64,000 nucleotides of DNA from Bacteriovoracia bacterium (GCA_046570105.1 JBKHVI010000003.1:1-64000), one strand, 5' to 3'. Positions 10,290 to 18,943 are shown, numbered from the stretch's first letter. Program-made: numbers and translations. Notes: generated by a model not told the origin, from the letters alone.

Positions 10290-10778
10290 TTAGTCCCCAG
10301 TCACATGTGAACGGGCGACATCAACAGTGAAATGCCCAAGTAGGAAATTGCGTCCAATCAAAAGCTTATAGGCCATTTTATCGCGGTCATTGAGATTTAA
10401 AGAGATCTCTCGAGTGACCGAACCCAATTTAAGTTTCTCACGAATAACATAACGTCTTGTGGTGGGGCCGGTAGCATTAGCGACTTTCTGAGTGCTTTCT
10501 ACCTTTCGAGTCATCTCAATTTCGGTACCTTCTTCAGTACGGGTGTAGAACTTTATCCACAGGCCGTCTTCGCGTTGAAGTTCTTCAATTTTATAAGCAT
10601 GCATGGAAGTGGTCTTAGCACCGGTATCAATGCGGGCGCGCATTTTGACTTTCAGCTCAGGGACTTCGACCCACTCCACTCTCCCAATCATGACCTTATC
10701 TTTTAAAATTTGGGCATGACTCAAGTTTGGAGAAACTACCCCTAACCACACGGCCATTAGTACCAGGCCTTTCAGCAT
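10290..10778 (-). CDS. RimK-associated putative protease (retropepsin-like, 'ATP-dependent Zn protease' family)
   Basis: IGRVEWV, ARIDTGAKTTS and R..M.Y.LLIGRNFL motifs; signal peptide. Confidence 0.9.
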   Translation of the reverse strand: MLKGLVLMAVWLGVVSPNLSHAQILKDKVMIGRVEWVEVPELKVKMRARIDTGAKTTSMHAYKIEELQREDGLWIKFYTRTEEGTEIEMTRKVESTQKVANATGPTTRRYVIREKLKLGSVTREISLNLNDRDKMAYKLLIGRNFLLGHFTVDVARSHVTGD

Positions 10779-10944
10779 TTTTAACCCCTGTATTGAATCG
10801 AGTTATTTTACTCTTGGCAGGCTTTAGGTGGCAATAGCGTTAGTCAGCATAAACTCTTGAATTAACTGCATTTAATCCTAAAAACTTGGGCTTAATCCCG
10901 AATAGACCGATAGGTTCTTCAAGAGTTCTTACCTGGAGGATGTC

Positions 10945-11106
10945 ATGGCCCTATTTATTCGCTTCTTTGTTTGCTGTAGCTTTATCGCACTAGGGGCAGC
11001 ATTCAGTGTTTGGAACTACCCTCATACTCCTGCTCGTGGACTTGCTAGCCATAATGATCACTTCGCCCCGCCGAAATTTAAATATGATCCCTCTTATAAA
11101 CTCTAA
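10945..11106 (+). CDS. Small 53-aa membrane/secreted protein with an RGLAS motif (absent from the ORF track)
   Basis: Translated by hand: MALFIRFFVCCSFIALGAAFSVWNYPHTPARGLASHNDHFAPPKFKYDPSYKL; GGAGG RBS. Confidence 0.65.
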   Translation: MALFIRFFVCCSFIALGAAFSVWNYPHTPARGLASHNDHFAPPKFKYDPSYKL

Positions 11107-11206
11107 GAGTTCACAAGCTGAGAAAGCTGTTTTTTCAATCTGAGTGTTTAGAATAAATCTGCTTACCGGTGCATGCTAAAACGAATTCCACTAAGTGGAG
11201 GTTTTT

Positions 11207-11458
11207 ATGCATTTCATATTCGCTCTGTTGCTTGTTTCGGGAACAGCTTTGGCCAATGATCGTATCGGTGACTACCATACATGGAATGATGAAACGAGCT
11301 ACCTCGCTTGGTGTGAAGACAACCAAGTCATGTCACAAGACTCGACCGGTCGCGTATTTGTTCAAATCGATTGCAACGAGTCACAACAGATCTGTCGCGA
11401 AAAAAACATTCGTCGCGCTCAGCGCCTGATCGTAACCGCAGCTTGCTTTAACCAATAA
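11207..11458 (+). CDS. Small secreted 4-Cys protein
   Basis: GGAGG RBS; signal peptide ending ALA; four Cys. Confidence 0.7.
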   Translation: MHFIFALLLVSGTALANDRIGDYHTWNDETSYLAWCEDNQVMSQDSTGRVFVQIDCNESQQICREKNIRRAQRLIVTAACFNQ

Positions 11459-12800
11459 GAAATTTTAAGAGACCCTCTTTACCTTTGTAGGGAGGGTATC
11501 TCACCGGCACATCCACCATGGTTGTTTGCTTAAAGACAGCTTTCTTGTGAGAGAACGTCTCAAAGCTTAATTTGCCATGATAGGCGCCCATACCTGAAGG
11601 CCCTACTCCTCCAAAGGGTAATTCCGAATTAGCGAGATGAATGACCGTATCATTGATGCATCCTCCGCCAAATGAAACCGATTCTAAGACCTTTTTCTCG
11701 CTGTCTTTGTTCTGGGTGAAGAGATAGAGCGCGAGCGGTTTATTTCTTTTTTTAATGAAACTGATCGCTTCATCAAAGTTTTCATAAGTCATTATGGGAA
11801 GCAGTGGACCGAAGATCTCGTCTTGCATAATCGGATGATTCTCGCTCACTCCTCTTAATATTGTGGGTGCAATAAAACGTTCAGTACGATCATGTTGACC
11901 ACCACAAACTATTTCTGCATCGGCCATCAACTTAACCAATCGATCAAAATGTCTTTCATTTACGATACGACCAAAATCAGGGCTCTGCTGAGGTGATGCC
12001 GAATAGAATTGCTCAATCGCTTTTTTTATTTCAACTAAAAAACTAGCTTCTAGTTTTTTAGGAATCAGAACATAGTCAGGAGCAACACAAGTCTGCCCTG
12101 CATTCATCCATTTGCCCCAAGCGACTCGCTTAGCAGCGACAGCGAGGTTAGCACTTTCATCAATTAAGCATGGACTCTTACCACCAAGCTCAAGTGTGAT
12201 AGGCGTGAGATGTTCAGCAGCTGCTCGCATAACCACTTTTCCTACAGCAGTACTGCCAGTGAAGAAGATATAATCGAACTGCTCTTTCAGAAGCTGCGTG
12301 GTTTCTTCTACTCCACCTAAGACAACTTGCACTTCTTCCTCGCTGAAAACCTGGGCGACAACATCTGCAATGACCTGCGCGCAATGAGGAGTCATTTCTG
12401 AAGGTTTGATAACGACACGATTTCCAGCAGCGATCGCTCCAATTAAGGGAGAGAAGGCCAACTGCACAGGATAATTCCAGGGAGCAAGCACCAGCACGAC
12501 GCCGTAAGGCTCTTTATAAATATAGCTTGCACCCGGCTGCATAGTGAGAGGTGTAGCGACTTTTTCTGGTGACATCATTGAAGGTAAATCTTTTACAAAA
12601 TGAGAAATCTCACCTGTTAAAAAACCTATTTCAGTCGACCACGCTTCAAAGCTGCACTTACCTAAATCTTTTTTGAGTGCAACTCCTATCTGGGCCTGAT
12701 CCTTGATAAGAACAGCTTTCAAGGAGTTTAATAACTCCACTCGGCGATGAAAAGTAAGAGCGCTCTTGTTGGCAGCCTGTCTTAGAATATTGACTTTCAT
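11448..12800 (-). CDS. Aldehyde dehydrogenase (ALDH3/fatty aldehyde type)
   Basis: PWNYP, FFTGS, LELGGKSP, NAGQTCVAPDY, EIFGP and PFGGVG motifs. Confidence 0.95.
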   Translation of the reverse strand: MKVNILRQAANKSALTFHRRVELLNSLKAVLIKDQAQIGVALKKDLGKCSFEAWSTEIGFLTGEISHFVKDLPSMMSPEKVATPLTMQPGASYIYKEPYGVVLVLAPWNYPVQLAFSPLIGAIAAGNRVVIKPSEMTPHCAQVIADVVAQVFSEEEVQVVLGGVEETTQLLKEQFDYIFFTGSTAVGKVVMRAAAEHLTPITLELGGKSPCLIDESANLAVAAKRVAWGKWMNAGQTCVAPDYVLIPKKLEASFLVEIKKAIEQFYSASPQQSPDFGRIVNERHFDRLVKLMADAEIVCGGQHDRTERFIAPTILRGVSENHPIMQDEIFGPLLPIMTYENFDEAISFIKKRNKPLALYLFTQNKDSEKKVLESVSFGGGCINDTVIHLANSELPFGGVGPSGMGAYHGKLSFETFSHKKAVFKQTTMVDVPVRYPPYKGKEGLLKFLIG

Positions 12801-13951
12801 AGTACTTCCCTTACTTCTTTTGACTGGCCCACGAGACGAAGAATCGCTTCTTGCGTGACACCAAATGCGAGACCCATGCCATGGCCACTAAAACCACCGA
12901 CAAAGGTGGTATTTTTTAAAAAAGATACTTTCTTAATGTAGGGCCTCTCTTCTGGAGTAAATCCCATCACTCCTGACCAGCGGGCCTTCACGCTTAAGTT
13001 CGTTTGAAAAATGTCTTCGGCATATTGAGCTAAAGCATTTTGAATGACAGGTGTTGTCTTATCAAAGTCTGAGTTCTCGCTATCTTCTTCAAGCAGTCTC
13101 ATGCCACCTACTAGCAAATCTCCCGTCAACGGGTCTTGTCGAAAATAAACTTTGTGAGGAGGATCGTAGAAATTTCCGATGAGTTTATGTTTTGAAAAAT
13201 CTAAGGCCAGCATTTGCGCGCGTTTTGGTTGCACCCAACTTTTCAATTCGGGATGAAACTGTCCTGCATAGCCATTGATCGCTAGCAAAACCTTAGTGGC
13301 TTTCACCGATCCTCGTGAACAAATAAGCTTAACTTCATCACCAAGATTTTCACCCCAAGAGACTGCTTGTTGAGTGAATATCTGTACTCCCTTACTCTCG
13401 ATATAATCTTTTATGGCAGTCAGTAGTTTCATCGAATGAAGACAACCTTCATGAGTAAAACTTAAACCACCTACCAAACCTTTCAGATTTTGAGTCGCGA
13501 GCTCTGCACTTGAAACCACTTTTAGATTTTCGGCTTGTAGCGAATGAAGAACAGATTCATGTTCTGCGAGTAAAGCTTGGTCACGATAGACTGTAATTGA
13601 ACCCCAGAATTTTTGTGAAACGGAAAATCGATTAAATAAATGCTCACGCATGAGTCGCAAGCTTTGTTGCTTAAAGTCCCAGTAGCGCTTGGCTTCTACC
13701 AGTCCATCCTTCGCAACAAGATTGGCCAAGTAAGAAGTACTTCCAACAGTATTAAACCCAGCATTGCGTCCAGATGCCCCATGGCCGATGGTTTCTGCTT
13801 CGATAATACAAACTTTGAGTTTGGGGGCGAGCTCGGTCAACCAGTAGGCCAGTGACAGCCCAGCTATGCCACCACCCACAATAGCGACATCAACCTGAGC
13901 CGTTATGGGATCAGCCGGTTTATTCTGCCAACACGATTGAGTCATAAGCAT
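12797..13951 (-). CDS. FAD-dependent oxidoreductase (DAO/PuuB family)
   Basis: GGGIAG, GASGRNAG, WSGVMGFT and GFSGHGMG motifs. Confidence 0.9.
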   Translation of the reverse strand: MLMTQSCWQNKPADPITAQVDVAIVGGGIAGLSLAYWLTELAPKLKVCIIEAETIGHGASGRNAGFNTVGSTSYLANLVAKDGLVEAKRYWDFKQQSLRLMREHLFNRFSVSQKFWGSITVYRDQALLAEHESVLHSLQAENLKVVSSAELATQNLKGLVGGLSFTHEGCLHSMKLLTAIKDYIESKGVQIFTQQAVSWGENLGDEVKLICSRGSVKATKVLLAINGYAGQFHPELKSWVQPKRAQMLALDFSKHKLIGNFYDPPHKVYFRQDPLTGDLLVGGMRLLEEDSENSDFDKTTPVIQNALAQYAEDIFQTNLSVKARWSGVMGFTPEERPYIKKVSFLKNTTFVGGFSGHGMGLAFGVTQEAILRLVGQSKEVREVL

Positions 13952-13992
13952 CCTCTTTGAGACTGCTTAATCCTACCTCTGTAAAAAACAAG

Positions 13993-14013
13993 AAGGCCCT
14001 AAAAATGGGCCTT
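13993..14013 (-). terminator. Probable terminator of the 14046-14315 gene
   Basis: AAGGCCC-N7-GGGCCTT stem flanked by A/T tracts. Confidence 0.55.
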
Positions 14014-14045
14014 TTGTTATTGAGAATTTTAGTTGATAAGAGTGC

Positions 14046-14315
14046 TTAAGAAGCTTTTTTATGGCCCTTAGCTTTAGCCTTCACTTCACCTTTCCTAATT
14101 TCAGGATAGAAGTCTTCGAGATATTCATTTTTGTAGCGCAAAAATATCTGATAGTTGTGGAATTCCACTTCGCCCATCATGCCAATTTGTTCATCCAATG
14201 ATTTTTTAAAACACATCTCGATATAATTGAGCTGAAACGCATCCAAATCGGTGAAAAAATCTTCCGTCAGCGGTGTGGCCTTCAATAAATCCCGAATTGT
14301 CTTTGCTTGCATCAT
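14046..14315 (-). CDS. Hypothetical protein
   Basis: ORF with GGGAG RBS and a basic C-terminus ending KKAS. Confidence 0.65.
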   Translation of the reverse strand: MMQAKTIRDLLKATPLTEDFFTDLDAFQLNYIEMCFKKSLDEQIGMMGEVEFHNYQIFLRYKNEYLEDFYPEIRKGEVKAKAKGHKKAS

Positions 14316-14513
14316 AGCGAACTCCCTTCGCACGTTTCCTCAATAGCCATTTCGGAATTATTTAGCTTTGAGATTAAAAGAACTATGCGACTTCTGGCAC
14401 ATCTTGGCATGTGCTCGAAATCACGCATTTGAACTAGGAGTTTTTTTCCATAGTTTTTTAGTCAAGAAGCCAAATCCGATGCTAATGTTAGTGACCACTA
14501 ACAAAACTAAGTC

Positions 14514-14864
14514 ATGACGCAAGAAAAAATACTATCGCTTCTCTTTGAACTCGCCGTCCTGGTCTTCATTGCTGGCCTTTATTATCTTTGGCAACGCCGC
14601 CGCATTCTTTATGGTCCCAAGCATTGGCAGCACCATAAACTCATGGAGATTTATCACTTGGGCGTTGATTGCCATGAGCCGGAACGTCACCAGGATCTCG
14701 TGCCGTTTTTAGATGATTGCGAGCAAAGACTTAAAAGTGAACACCCTTGGATGGATGGGGCCTTTATCTCACGCTGGAATGGCAGAAAACTTCCGGAGAA
14801 AATTTTAACTATCCTGAGCGATTGCTCTGAGTGGCACGCTCAGTCCCAGCCCAAAACACGATAG
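14514..14864 (+). CDS. Hypothetical protein with one N-terminal TM helix
   Basis: Hydrophobic helix followed by RRR. Confidence 0.65.
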   Translation: MTQEKILSLLFELAVLVFIAGLYYLWQRRRILYGPKHWQHHKLMEIYHLGVDCHEPERHQDLVPFLDDCEQRLKSEHPWMDGAFISRWNGRKLPEKILTILSDCSEWHAQSQPKTR

Positions 14865-15226
14865 CCTTTATCAGCAAGACATTGATTCACATAACGGCGC
14901 TTCAACTCGTCAGGTGAAATCGCTCCGCCCGCTGCACCGGCACCAGCACCTACCGCCGAATTTCGTACGACACTCCCGCCAATATCACCGGTGAATAGTC
15001 CTGTGACGACGCCTACTGCGGCACCAATCGCGGCACCGGCACCAGCACCTTTGGCAATTTGTTTTCCTTTACCGCTTTTTAAATATTCATCAGCATCAGC
15101 AATGCACTGATCAACATCATTTTGAGCGGCTTCCTTGCCGACACTCTTAAGTTTGTCGTTGGGATAAAGCGTAGGCTTTGAAGCGCAGGCCACTAAGGTA
15201 ACCAGTAAGAGCCAAGATATTTTCAT
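14840..15226 (-). CDS. Glycine-zipper lipoprotein
   Basis: Lipobox LVAC; GAGAGAAIGAA glycine zipper; C..GY.V.GW end; GGAGG RBS. Confidence 0.82.
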   Translation of the reverse strand: MKISWLLLVTLVACASKPTLYPNDKLKSVGKEAAQNDVDQCIADADEYLKSGKGKQIAKGAGAGAAIGAAVGVVTGLFTGDIGGSVVRNSAVGAGAGAAGGAISPDELKRRYVNQCLADKGYRVLGWD

Positions 15227-15258
15227 GTAAGCCTCCCGTGTGGTACCCATTATAGCCT

Positions 15259-15741
15259 ATGGAGAAGAAGAATTACATCACACCTCAAGGCCAACGAGCT
15301 TTGTCTGATGAACTACAAGAGCTTCTGCGCGTTGAAAGACCCAAAGTCTGTGAGTTGGTGCAGTGGGCGGCGGGCAATGGTGATCGCTCGGAAAATGCGG
15401 ATTATCAGTATGGAAAAAAACGTCTGCGCGAAATAGATCGACGAGTACGCTTTCTCACTTCGCGCTTAGATGCCGCAGTGGTGGTTGATCCCGTCACAAT
15501 CAAGAGTGAAAAAGTACAATTTGGCGCCACCGTCAAAACTTTGGACGAAGAAGGGCGTGAAAAAACTTGGTCAATTGTTGGAATCGATGAAATTGACACA
15601 AAGCGGGGCCGGATTAGTTGGCAGTCCCCTATTGGTCGTGCTCTCATTGGTAAAAGTATTGGTGATGAAGTTGAGATCGTGGGGCCGCAAGGTTCGCACT
15701 CAATCGAAATCATCGCAATTGAGTATCTGCCTTTAAACTAG
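15259..15741 (+). CDS. greB: Transcription elongation factor GreB
   Basis: NYITP.G, WAAGNGDRSENADYQYGKKRLREIDRR and ISWQSPIGRAL motifs. Confidence 0.95.
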   Translation: MEKKNYITPQGQRALSDELQELLRVERPKVCELVQWAAGNGDRSENADYQYGKKRLREIDRRVRFLTSRLDAAVVVDPVTIKSEKVQFGATVKTLDEEGREKTWSIVGIDEIDTKRGRISWQSPIGRALIGKSIGDEVEIVGPQGSHSIEIIAIEYLPLN

Positions 15742-15753
15742 AGAGGTGTTGTT

Positions 15754-16122
15754 ATGAAAATTTTTGCTTTAATTCTCACTCTGTTCTCTTTTTCTGCCTT
15801 TGCCTCATTCAATGATGTTGAGTGTAGCGGAACTGTACGCAACGGCGACCGTGCTCGTGTCGAAGTTGAGCGCGGCTTTGGTGGTTCAATGCGTGATGCT
15901 CGCGTCGTGATCTTTGGTGCCCGTGGAACAAATCCACGAGTCTTCAATTACCGCATTTTCCAAATTCGTAAATTTGGCACCATGCTTGAATTCGTAGGCG
16001 ACAGCAACTTCCGTCTAGAAGTGGATCTTTTTCCAGACCAATCACCACGCTGGGGCCGTACTTACCGCGGTCAGATGCGCGACATGTTTAATGTCTCGTG
16101 CCGCTTTCCTAACGCTCAGTAG
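15754..16122 (+). CDS. Secreted hypothetical protein
   Basis: GAGG RBS; signal peptide ending AFA; two Cys. Confidence 0.75.
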   Translation: MKIFALILTLFSFSAFASFNDVECSGTVRNGDRARVEVERGFGGSMRDARVVIFGARGTNPRVFNYRIFQIRKFGTMLEFVGDSNFRLEVDLFPDQSPRWGRTYRGQMRDMFNVSCRFPNAQ

Positions 16123-16128
16123 TTTGGC

Positions 16129-17043
16129 ATGAAGAGATTTCGTCGCGTCTACATCGAAATCTCTAATATCTGTAATCTTCAATGCACGTTCTGTCCTGAG
16201 GTAGAGAGACCCAAAGAAGTTCTCTCTACCTCACAATTTCAAAATATTTTAAAGCAAGTTTCCCCTCATACAGATGAAGTGTGTCTGCATCTCATGGGAG
16301 AGCCCACCGCTCACCCAGATTTCGAAAAAATCCTGCAAATTTGCACCGAAGAAAAAATGCCAGTACAACTTACGACGAATGGCACATTGTTGGGAAAATT
16401 CTCCACCGATTTGTTTTTTAAATCGAGTGTTCGTCAGATTAATTTTTCACTGCACAGTTTTAAAGATAATTTTCCCGGTAAAGATTGGCGTCCTTACCTC
16501 CACGATCTCTTGGCCTTCACTCGACTCGCCTTAAAAGAAAAGCCCGAACTTTATATTAATTTTCGTCTCTGGAATTTACCCAATCCCACCGGTGCTCGCG
16601 ACGAGAACCAAGACTTCATCGATGAGATCTGTGGCTTCTTTGATGTAGGCATTAATGAAAGAGTTAATGTGGCCCATCGTCGTTCAAAGAACATTGTAGG
16701 TCGTGCTTACTTCCATTTTGATACGCGCTTTGAATGGCCCAGTCTCACAGCTCCCTTCATCAGTGATAAAGGTTTTTGCCATGCTCTTTCACAACACGTC
16801 GGCATTCATGCTGATGGAAGAGTGGTCGCCTGCTGTTTAGATAAAGAAGCCGGCAACACCTTAGGTAATGTTTTTGAACAGGACTTCGCCGAAATCTTGC
16901 AACTTGAGGCCACCGAAAAGCTTCACCAGGGCCTCGTTAATGGCCAACTTTTAAGTCCCCTTTGTCAGCGTTGCAGCTTCATTTCTCGCTTCAAAAAATC
17001 GCCCCTACCAGTCACAAACAAGGCCGCCCCCACACAAAATTAA
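16129..17043 (+). CDS. Radical SAM/SPASM-domain protein
   Basis: CNLQCTFC, GEP and TTNG motifs; C-terminal C...CC.D...LGN...CQRC. Confidence 0.9.
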   Translation: MKRFRRVYIEISNICNLQCTFCPEVERPKEVLSTSQFQNILKQVSPHTDEVCLHLMGEPTAHPDFEKILQICTEEKMPVQLTTNGTLLGKFSTDLFFKSSVRQINFSLHSFKDNFPGKDWRPYLHDLLAFTRLALKEKPELYINFRLWNLPNPTGARDENQDFIDEICGFFDVGINERVNVAHRRSKNIVGRAYFHFDTRFEWPSLTAPFISDKGFCHALSQHVGIHADGRVVACCLDKEAGNTLGNVFEQDFAEILQLEATEKLHQGLVNGQLLSPLCQRCSFISRFKKSPLPVTNKAAPTQN

Positions 17044-17052
17044 AAAAGGGGG

Positions 17053-17102
17053 TTGCATTACGGAAAACTTACGGTATAGTTGTTTTTACGGAAACATTAC
17101 GG
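17053..17102 (+). promoter_or_regulatory. lexA promoter overlapped by two TTACGG-N5-TTACGG direct-repeat sites
   Basis: -35 TTGCAT (17053) and -10 TATAGT (17075); TTACGG at 17058, 17069, 17086 and 17097. Confidence 0.7.
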
Positions 17103-17113
17103 AAGGAAAACGT

Positions 17114-17710
17114 ATGGCCCTCACTAAAAAGCAAAAAGACGTTCTCGACTACATCACAGAGTTTGTGCGCGAAAAAGGTTTCGCTCCTACTCAGAAAGAG
17201 ATTCAGGCCTACTTTGGCTTTAAGTCACTGGGCTCAGTTCAAGACTATATTAAATATCTCACTCAAGGTGGATACCTCAATAACGACTCACACTCAGTTC
17301 GCGGGCTTACTCCGGCCCATATGTCCTCCCAGGGAACCGAAGAGATTCCTCTCCTAGGTAGTATCGCAGCCGGGGTGCCCATTGAGGCGATCGAAAACAC
17401 AGACACTGTTGCTGTCCCGCAAGCAATGATCAAAAAAGGCATGCACTATGCTTTGAAGGTCAAAGGCGAAAGTATGATTGAAGACGGCATCTTGAGTGGT
17501 GACATCGCTGTCATTCGTCACCAAACCCAAGCTGATAACGGTCAGATCGTTGTCGCAGTGATTGATAATGAAACAACATTGAAGCGTTACTTTAAAAAAG
17601 CTAAGCAGGTTGAGTTGCACCCAGCTAACAGCACGATGACTCCTATCATTCTCAAAGACCGCGAAGTTGAAATTCGCGGCGTGATGGTAGGACTTTTACG
17701 AGTTTATTAA
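17114..17710 (+). CDS. lexA: SOS repressor LexA
   Basis: N-terminal winged HTH (LTKKQ..G.APT..EI); IAAG cleavage site; GESM serine; TLKR lysine. Confidence 0.96.
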   Translation: MALTKKQKDVLDYITEFVREKGFAPTQKEIQAYFGFKSLGSVQDYIKYLTQGGYLNNDSHSVRGLTPAHMSSQGTEEIPLLGSIAAGVPIEAIENTDTVAVPQAMIKKGMHYALKVKGESMIEDGILSGDIAVIRHQTQADNGQIVVAVIDNETTLKRYFKKAKQVELHPANSTMTPIILKDREVEIRGVMVGLLRVY

Positions 17711-17719
17711 TTTTTTCCC

Positions 17720-17843
17720 TAGAATCTTTTTTAAATCGTATAGATTCTAGGCGCCAAGGACAGAAAGCTGAGACGTACTCATGTACGTCGCAAGCTTGAA
17801 GGACGAAGGCAACGACGAAGATAACGATTTAAAACAGATTCTA
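17720..17843. mobile_element. MITE-like element with 20-bp terminal inverted repeats
   Basis: Left TAGAATCTTTTTTAAATCGT vs reverse complement of right end TAGAATCTGTTTTAAATCGT (19/20); internal GACGTAC-TCAT-GTACGTC hairpin; no ORF. Confidence 0.75.
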
Positions 17844-17865
17844 ACTTTTTTGTCATGGAGGACAA

Positions 17866-18060
17866 ATGAGCACACACACAAAACAGTCTTCGTTCGATGT
17901 ATCTTCATTCAATGACCTTGGCACTCGTCTCTGCTCGCAAATCTCTGAACGCTACGAAGTCGATCAGCGTCTCGCATCGGAAATGGCCTGGGATCTTTTG
18001 GAACTTTTAGCAGCAGTTGATAGTGACCTTGATACCTTGGATAAGTTTTACTTAAAGTAA
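17866..18060 (+). CDS. Small acidic hypothetical protein (64 aa)
   Basis: GGAGG RBS, ATG start. Confidence 0.65.
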   Translation: MSTHTKQSSFDVSSFNDLGTRLCSQISERYEVDQRLASEMAWDLLELLAAVDSDLDTLDKFYLK

Positions 18061-18161
18061 TTTCTCTCACACACAAATACTAAGAGTGCCCTGGCTGCTT
18101 GGAATCAAGCGCACGGGCGAGTTGCGACCAAAAACTTCCCCTTCTGCACGGAGGATACAAT

Positions 18162-18308
18162 ATGGAACTTAAAGAATTACTAGCTGCCGCACGCCACATC
18201 CGCCCTTGGGTTTTGTTGGTGTTTACCCTTGTCGCTTTTCAATCTTTGAAAAATGCCAACCCACCTGATGTGACCACACCAACGGCACAGTTGGTGGCGA
18301 TGAGATGA
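18162..18308 (+). CDS. Small single-TM protein (48 aa)
   Basis: GGAGG RBS; hydrophobic WVLLVFTLVAF segment. Confidence 0.55.
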   Translation: MELKELLAAARHIRPWVLLVFTLVAFQSLKNANPPDVTTPTAQLVAMR

Positions 18309-18309
18309 T

Positions 18310-18346
18310 GTTTTGGAGTTTTGGAGTTTTGGAGTTTTGGAGTTTT
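18310..18346. repeat. 8-bp tandem repeat (GTTTTGGA)x4 plus a partial copy
   Basis: Read directly; runs into the palindrome TTGGAGTTTTAAAACTCCAA. Confidence 0.9.
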
Positions 18347-18354
18347 AAAACTCC

Positions 18355-18517
18355 AAGTTTTAAAATTCCAATTGAAGGACGAAAAGTAGAATGGATTTAA
18401 TGCTGAGATTTATAGAGGACGCATTTACATACTAGTTGAGAGCCCAATGATCCTGGAATCAGTCCTACTGTGTAGCAAGGTTTAGGCACCAGGATCAGAA
18501 TTGGAATTTTAAAACTT
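18355..18517. repeat. Element bounded by a perfect 19-bp inverted repeat, with an internal 9-bp inverted repeat
   Basis: AAGTTTTAAAATTCCAATT (18355-18373) / AATTGGAATTTTAAAACTT (18499-18517); TGATCCTGG/CCAGGATCA inside. Confidence 0.8.
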
Positions 18518-18534
18518 TGAAAAAGAAATCAACC

Positions 18535-18915
18535 CTAACAAAAGTAATAACTCTCTATGATGTCTTTATCTAATTGTTGGTTTTGGAAATGGCGCCCTAA
18601 GAATACGCCTTTAACGACGATGTGGTTTTTTACTAATAGCCCACAAGTATGCCCTTTGATGGCAATAAATTTGGCGTTATCAGGTAGAAATGGAGTCAGG
18701 TCAAAATCACCTTTGCCTGCGTCATCCAAATAGACTTGGGCCTCTGAGCGCCTTGATTCCTCCCAGTCTTGAAACTGGAGGCCGAGTTTTTTTAGGGTAT
18801 AGCCGTAGGGACAATGGAGACAGGCCGATTTACAGCAAGTCCCCTTGAGCTTGAGGTAACTGCTGGTAAAAACCAAGTTACCTTGCGCGTCTTCATAACT
18901 CTTTAGTTCGCTCAT
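18535..18915 (-). CDS. Protein with an N-terminal Cys-rich DUF5522-like motif
   Basis: G.LVFT..YL..KG.CC.SAC.HCPYG. Confidence 0.7.
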   Translation of the reverse strand: MSELKSYEDAQGNLVFTSSYLKLKGTCCKSACLHCPYGYTLKKLGLQFQDWEESRRSEAQVYLDDAGKGDFDLTPFLPDNAKFIAIKGHTCGLLVKNHIVVKGVFLGRHFQNQQLDKDIIESYYFC

Positions 18916-18943
18916 AGAAACCTCTTCGTTTATAATATAAGGT

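Noticed and set aside
7747..13951. Gamma-glutamylation (Puu-like) pathway joining the ATP-grasp ligase with the PuuB-like oxidase and ALDH
   Set aside because: PuuA is a glutamine-synthetase-type enzyme, not ATP-grasp; the operons are separated by divergent small genes; the ALDH is ALDH3-type.
16129..17043. RiPP maturase acting on neighbouring small ORFs
   Set aside because: No RRE/PqqD domain, transporter or peptidase; the upstream ORF is a Sec-secreted protein; looks like a stand-alone radical SAM/SPASM family.
18310..18520. CRISPR array or retron msr-msd
   Set aside because: The repeats are contiguous 8-mers without spacers; no cas or reverse transcriptase gene is in the window.
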